Shown here in pieces: positions 62,134-64,000 of a stretch of 64,000 bases of DNA (positions are counted from its first letter, which is position 1; each line of letters opens with the position of its first letter). Source of the stretch: an uncultured Acidobacteriota bacterium. GTDB lineage: Bacteria > Acidobacteriota > Vicinamibacteria > Vicinamibacterales > UBA2999. The stretch lies in NCBI GenBank assembly GCA_963741135.1, contig CAVUHC010000004.1:60215-124214 (forward strand), in the 5' to 3' direction. The position numbers and the translations under genes were made by a program. The notes under the pieces were generated by a model that had not been told where the DNA came from, made no database searches, and saw nothing but the letters and a program-made list of their open reading frames with translations.

Positions 62134-63738
62134 ATGACCAAGGAGATGATCATCTCCTCGAGCGCCCACGAAACACGGGTCGCAATCCTCGAGGACGATC
62201 AGGTTGCCGAAATCTTCATCGAACGCGAGCATCAGCGCGGCGTTGCTGGCAATCTCTACAAGGGCCGGGTATCCAAAGTGCTGCCCGGCATGCAGTCGGC
62301 GTTTGTTGACCTCGGTCTCGAGCGCGACGGCTTCCTCTACGTATCCGATGTCGTAGCGACGTTCGAGGAGTTCGACCGCCTCGAAACAGACGAAGACGAT
62401 CCGCTTCCACCAGCTTCCGCGCCCACGGCCAATGGGGGCGCGGCGGCAAGGCCCGCTCCGGGCACGTCGGGAGGGCCGAGCCGCGGCGGGCGGCGGGACC
62501 GCGAGAAAGGCCCTGAGCCGAAAATCGAGGAGCTTCTCAAGGAAGGGCAGGAGATCATCGTCCAGGTCGCGAAGGAACCGATCGGGACGAAGGGTGCGCG
62601 CCTGACGTCGCACGCCACCATGCCCGGCCGATTCCTGGTGTTCATGCCGACGGTCGACCACGTTGGCGTCTCGCGCAAGATTGACTCGCGCGACGAGCGC
62701 AGCCGGCTCCGGGGCATTGTCCGGGAATTCCGCGAGTTGCACGGCTTCACCGGCGGCGTCATCATCCGCACCGCTGCCGCCGGGCGGCCCAAGGACGACA
62801 TCGTCTCGGACCTGAGCTACTTCCACAAGGTCTGGACCGAGATCCGCCAGAAGTCCGAGACATCCCGCGCGCCCGCCGTGGTCTATCGCGAGCAGAGCCT
62901 CGTGGCCAAGCTGCTTCGAGACCTGCTGACCGAGGAGTATTCGGCGATTCGCATCGACAACGAGCTGGAATTCCGGCGCGTCTACGAGCTGATCGAGCGC
63001 ATCATGCCCCCCCTTGCGCCGAAGGTGAAGCTGCACAACAAGGACTATCCAATCTTCGAGGAGTACGGCGTCCAGGCGGAGATCGATCGCGCGCTGCGCA
63101 GCAAGGTGTGGCTCAAGTCCGGCGGCTCGATCGTCATCAACCAGACCGAGGCGCTCGTCGCGATCGACGTGAACACCGGCCGATACGTCGGCAAAAAGAC
63201 GGCCGGACGTCTCGAGGACACCATCCTCAAGACGAACCTCGAGGCCGTGAAGGAGATCGTCCGGCAGATCCGCCTGCGCGACCTCGGCGGCATCATCGTG
63301 CTCGATTTCATCGACATGGAAGAGAAGAAGAACCGCCAGAAGGTGTTCCAGACGGTGGAGCAGGAGCTTCGGAAGGATCGTTCCCCCTCGAAGGCGTTGC
63401 AGGTATCGGACTTCGGTCTCGTGATCATCACGCGTAAGCGCGTGAAGCAGAGCCTCGAGCGCGTGCTGACCGAGCCGTGCCCCTATTGCGCAGGCAGCGC
63501 CGTCATCAAGTCGCGCTCGACGATCTGCTACGAGATCCTGTCAGAGGTGAAGAAGATCAGCGGCGACCTGGATGGCGAGAGCCTCGTGCTGCGGGTGAAC
63601 CCCGACATTGCGCGCGCCCTGAAGGACGAAGAGCGCGCGGTATTCAAGGAGCTGAAGCAGGCAATCGGCCGTGAGATCGCGGTGAAGCCGGATGTCCAGC
63701 TTCACCACGAGCAGTTCGATCTGATGGCTGTTGGATAG
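62134..63738 (+). CDS. rng: ribonuclease E/G family endoribonuclease
   Basis: ATG at 62134. S1 domain GNLYKGRVSKVLPGMQSAFVDLGLERDGFLY. VQVAKEPIGTKGARLT, ALVAIDVNTG, IIVLDFIDM and CPYCAG. Confidence 0.9.
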   Translation: MTKEMIISSSAHETRVAILEDDQVAEIFIEREHQRGVAGNLYKGRVSKVLPGMQSAFVDLGLERDGFLYVSDVVATFEEFDRLETDEDDPLPPASAPTANGGAAARPAPGTSGGPSRGGRRDREKGPEPKIEELLKEGQEIIVQVAKEPIGTKGARLTSHATMPGRFLVFMPTVDHVGVSRKIDSRDERSRLRGIVREFRELHGFTGGVIIRTAAAGRPKDDIVSDLSYFHKVWTEIRQKSETSRAPAVVYREQSLVAKLLRDLLTEEYSAIRIDNELEFRRVYELIERIMPPLAPKVKLHNKDYPIFEEYGVQAEIDRALRSKVWLKSGGSIVINQTEALVAIDVNTGRYVGKKTAGRLEDTILKTNLEAVKEIVRQIRLRDLGGIIVLDFIDMEEKKNRQKVFQTVEQELRKDRSPSKALQVSDFGLVIITRKRVKQSLERVLTEPCPYCAGSAVIKSRSTICYEILSEVKKISGDLDGESLVLRVNPDIARALKDEERAVFKELKQAIGREIAVKPDVQLHHEQFDLMAVG

Positions 63739-63751
63739 GCTCGAATCCTCT

Positions 63752-63804
63752 ATGCACAAAGCTCAAAGCCCAATGCTCAACCTTGCGCCTTGAGCCTTGT
63801 GCAT
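63752..63804. terminator. 15-bp imperfect inverted repeat between convergent genes (possible terminator, no clear T-run)
   Basis: ATGCACAAAGCTCAA ...23 nt... TTGAGCCTTGTGCAT, with one mismatch. Confidence 0.35.
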
Positions 63805-63812
63805 TTACGGCG

Positions 63813-64000
63813 TCAATATCCGCAGTACCCGGACACGTACACGCGGACATTCTTGCTCGTTCGCGAACTGCGCGTGCCCTCCCGGTCTTCGAGCACGAGG
63901 CTGACTTCCATACCTATGTATTTCTCGCCATTGTCATCCGCCGTGCTGCGTTCCTTGAAGAAATCGCAGCCGGTCGAGACCTCTAGGTCGCCCACCGGAT
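63813..64000 (-). CDS. C-terminal end of an unidentified protein; the ORF is open at the right edge
   Basis: The reverse frame ...PVGDLEVSTGCDFFKERSTADDNGEKYIGMEVSLVLEDREGTRSSRTSKNVRVYVSGYCGY* has no stop up to the window end and is G/C-biased at third codon positions. No family recognised. Confidence 0.3.
   Translation of the reverse strand, partial: PVGDLEVSTGCDFFKERSTADDNGEKYIGMEVSLVLEDREGTRSSRTSKNVRVYVSGYCGY

Overview
High-GC (about two-thirds G+C by eye) Gram-negative chromosomal segment. Gene content and a family of heptad CCCAA(A/T)T / A(A/T)TTGGG hairpin repeats suggest an Acidobacteriota-like organism, but that taxonomy is inference only. Layout: (i) 1-67 is the edge fragment of a Dam-type methylase. 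(ii) About 0.3-31.4 kb is one co-directional, tightly translationally coupled operon of about 26 polysaccharide (EPS/O-antigen-like) genes. It encodes an OM barrel, Wza, two AsnB-family amidotransferases, Wzm/Wzt ABC exporter, about 11 glycosyltransferases, 5 methyltransferases, a eukaryote-type UDP-galactopyranose mutase, a deacetylase, a carbamoyltransferase, a priming sugar transferase and a geranylgeranyl-reductase-like flavoprotein. A textbook bidirectional intrinsic terminator closes it at about 31.49 kb. (iii) 31.6-40.8 kb is an accessory island. It holds a SAM methyltransferase, a divergent NTP_transf_5-type nucleotidyltransferase and two tandem 577-aa secreted paralogs with duplicated 5' leaders. 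These are followed by an HprK-like P-loop kinase, a PqqD/RRE protein, a radical SAM/SPASM enzyme, a translationally coupled 61-codon Cys-containing ORF ending in Ser, a SipW/S24-S26-like peptidase and a 2OG-Fe(II) oxygenase. I read this as a candidate new RiPP-type peptide maturation system, and it is the most interesting thing in the window. (iv) 40.9-47.8 kb is a second EPS block: a GT-C membrane glycosyltransferase and a minus-strand operon of secreted CarboxypepD_reg-like protein, Wzc tyrosine autokinase, O-antigen-ligase-family protein and HAD hydrolase. (v) 48-64 kb is housekeeping: RlmD-like methyltransferase, FKBP PPIase, PQQ-dependent sugar dehydrogenase, SppA, PpiD, a GGDEF cyclase, mreB-mreC-mreD-mrdA-rodA and RNase E/G. 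mreB and mrdA are each interrupted by a single-base frameshift. I recognised no rRNA, tRNA, CRISPR array, transposase or integrase. Many long ORFs in the six-frame track are antisense or out-of-frame high-GC artefacts and were not called. All family assignments come from motifs read by eye in the translations; no database search was run.
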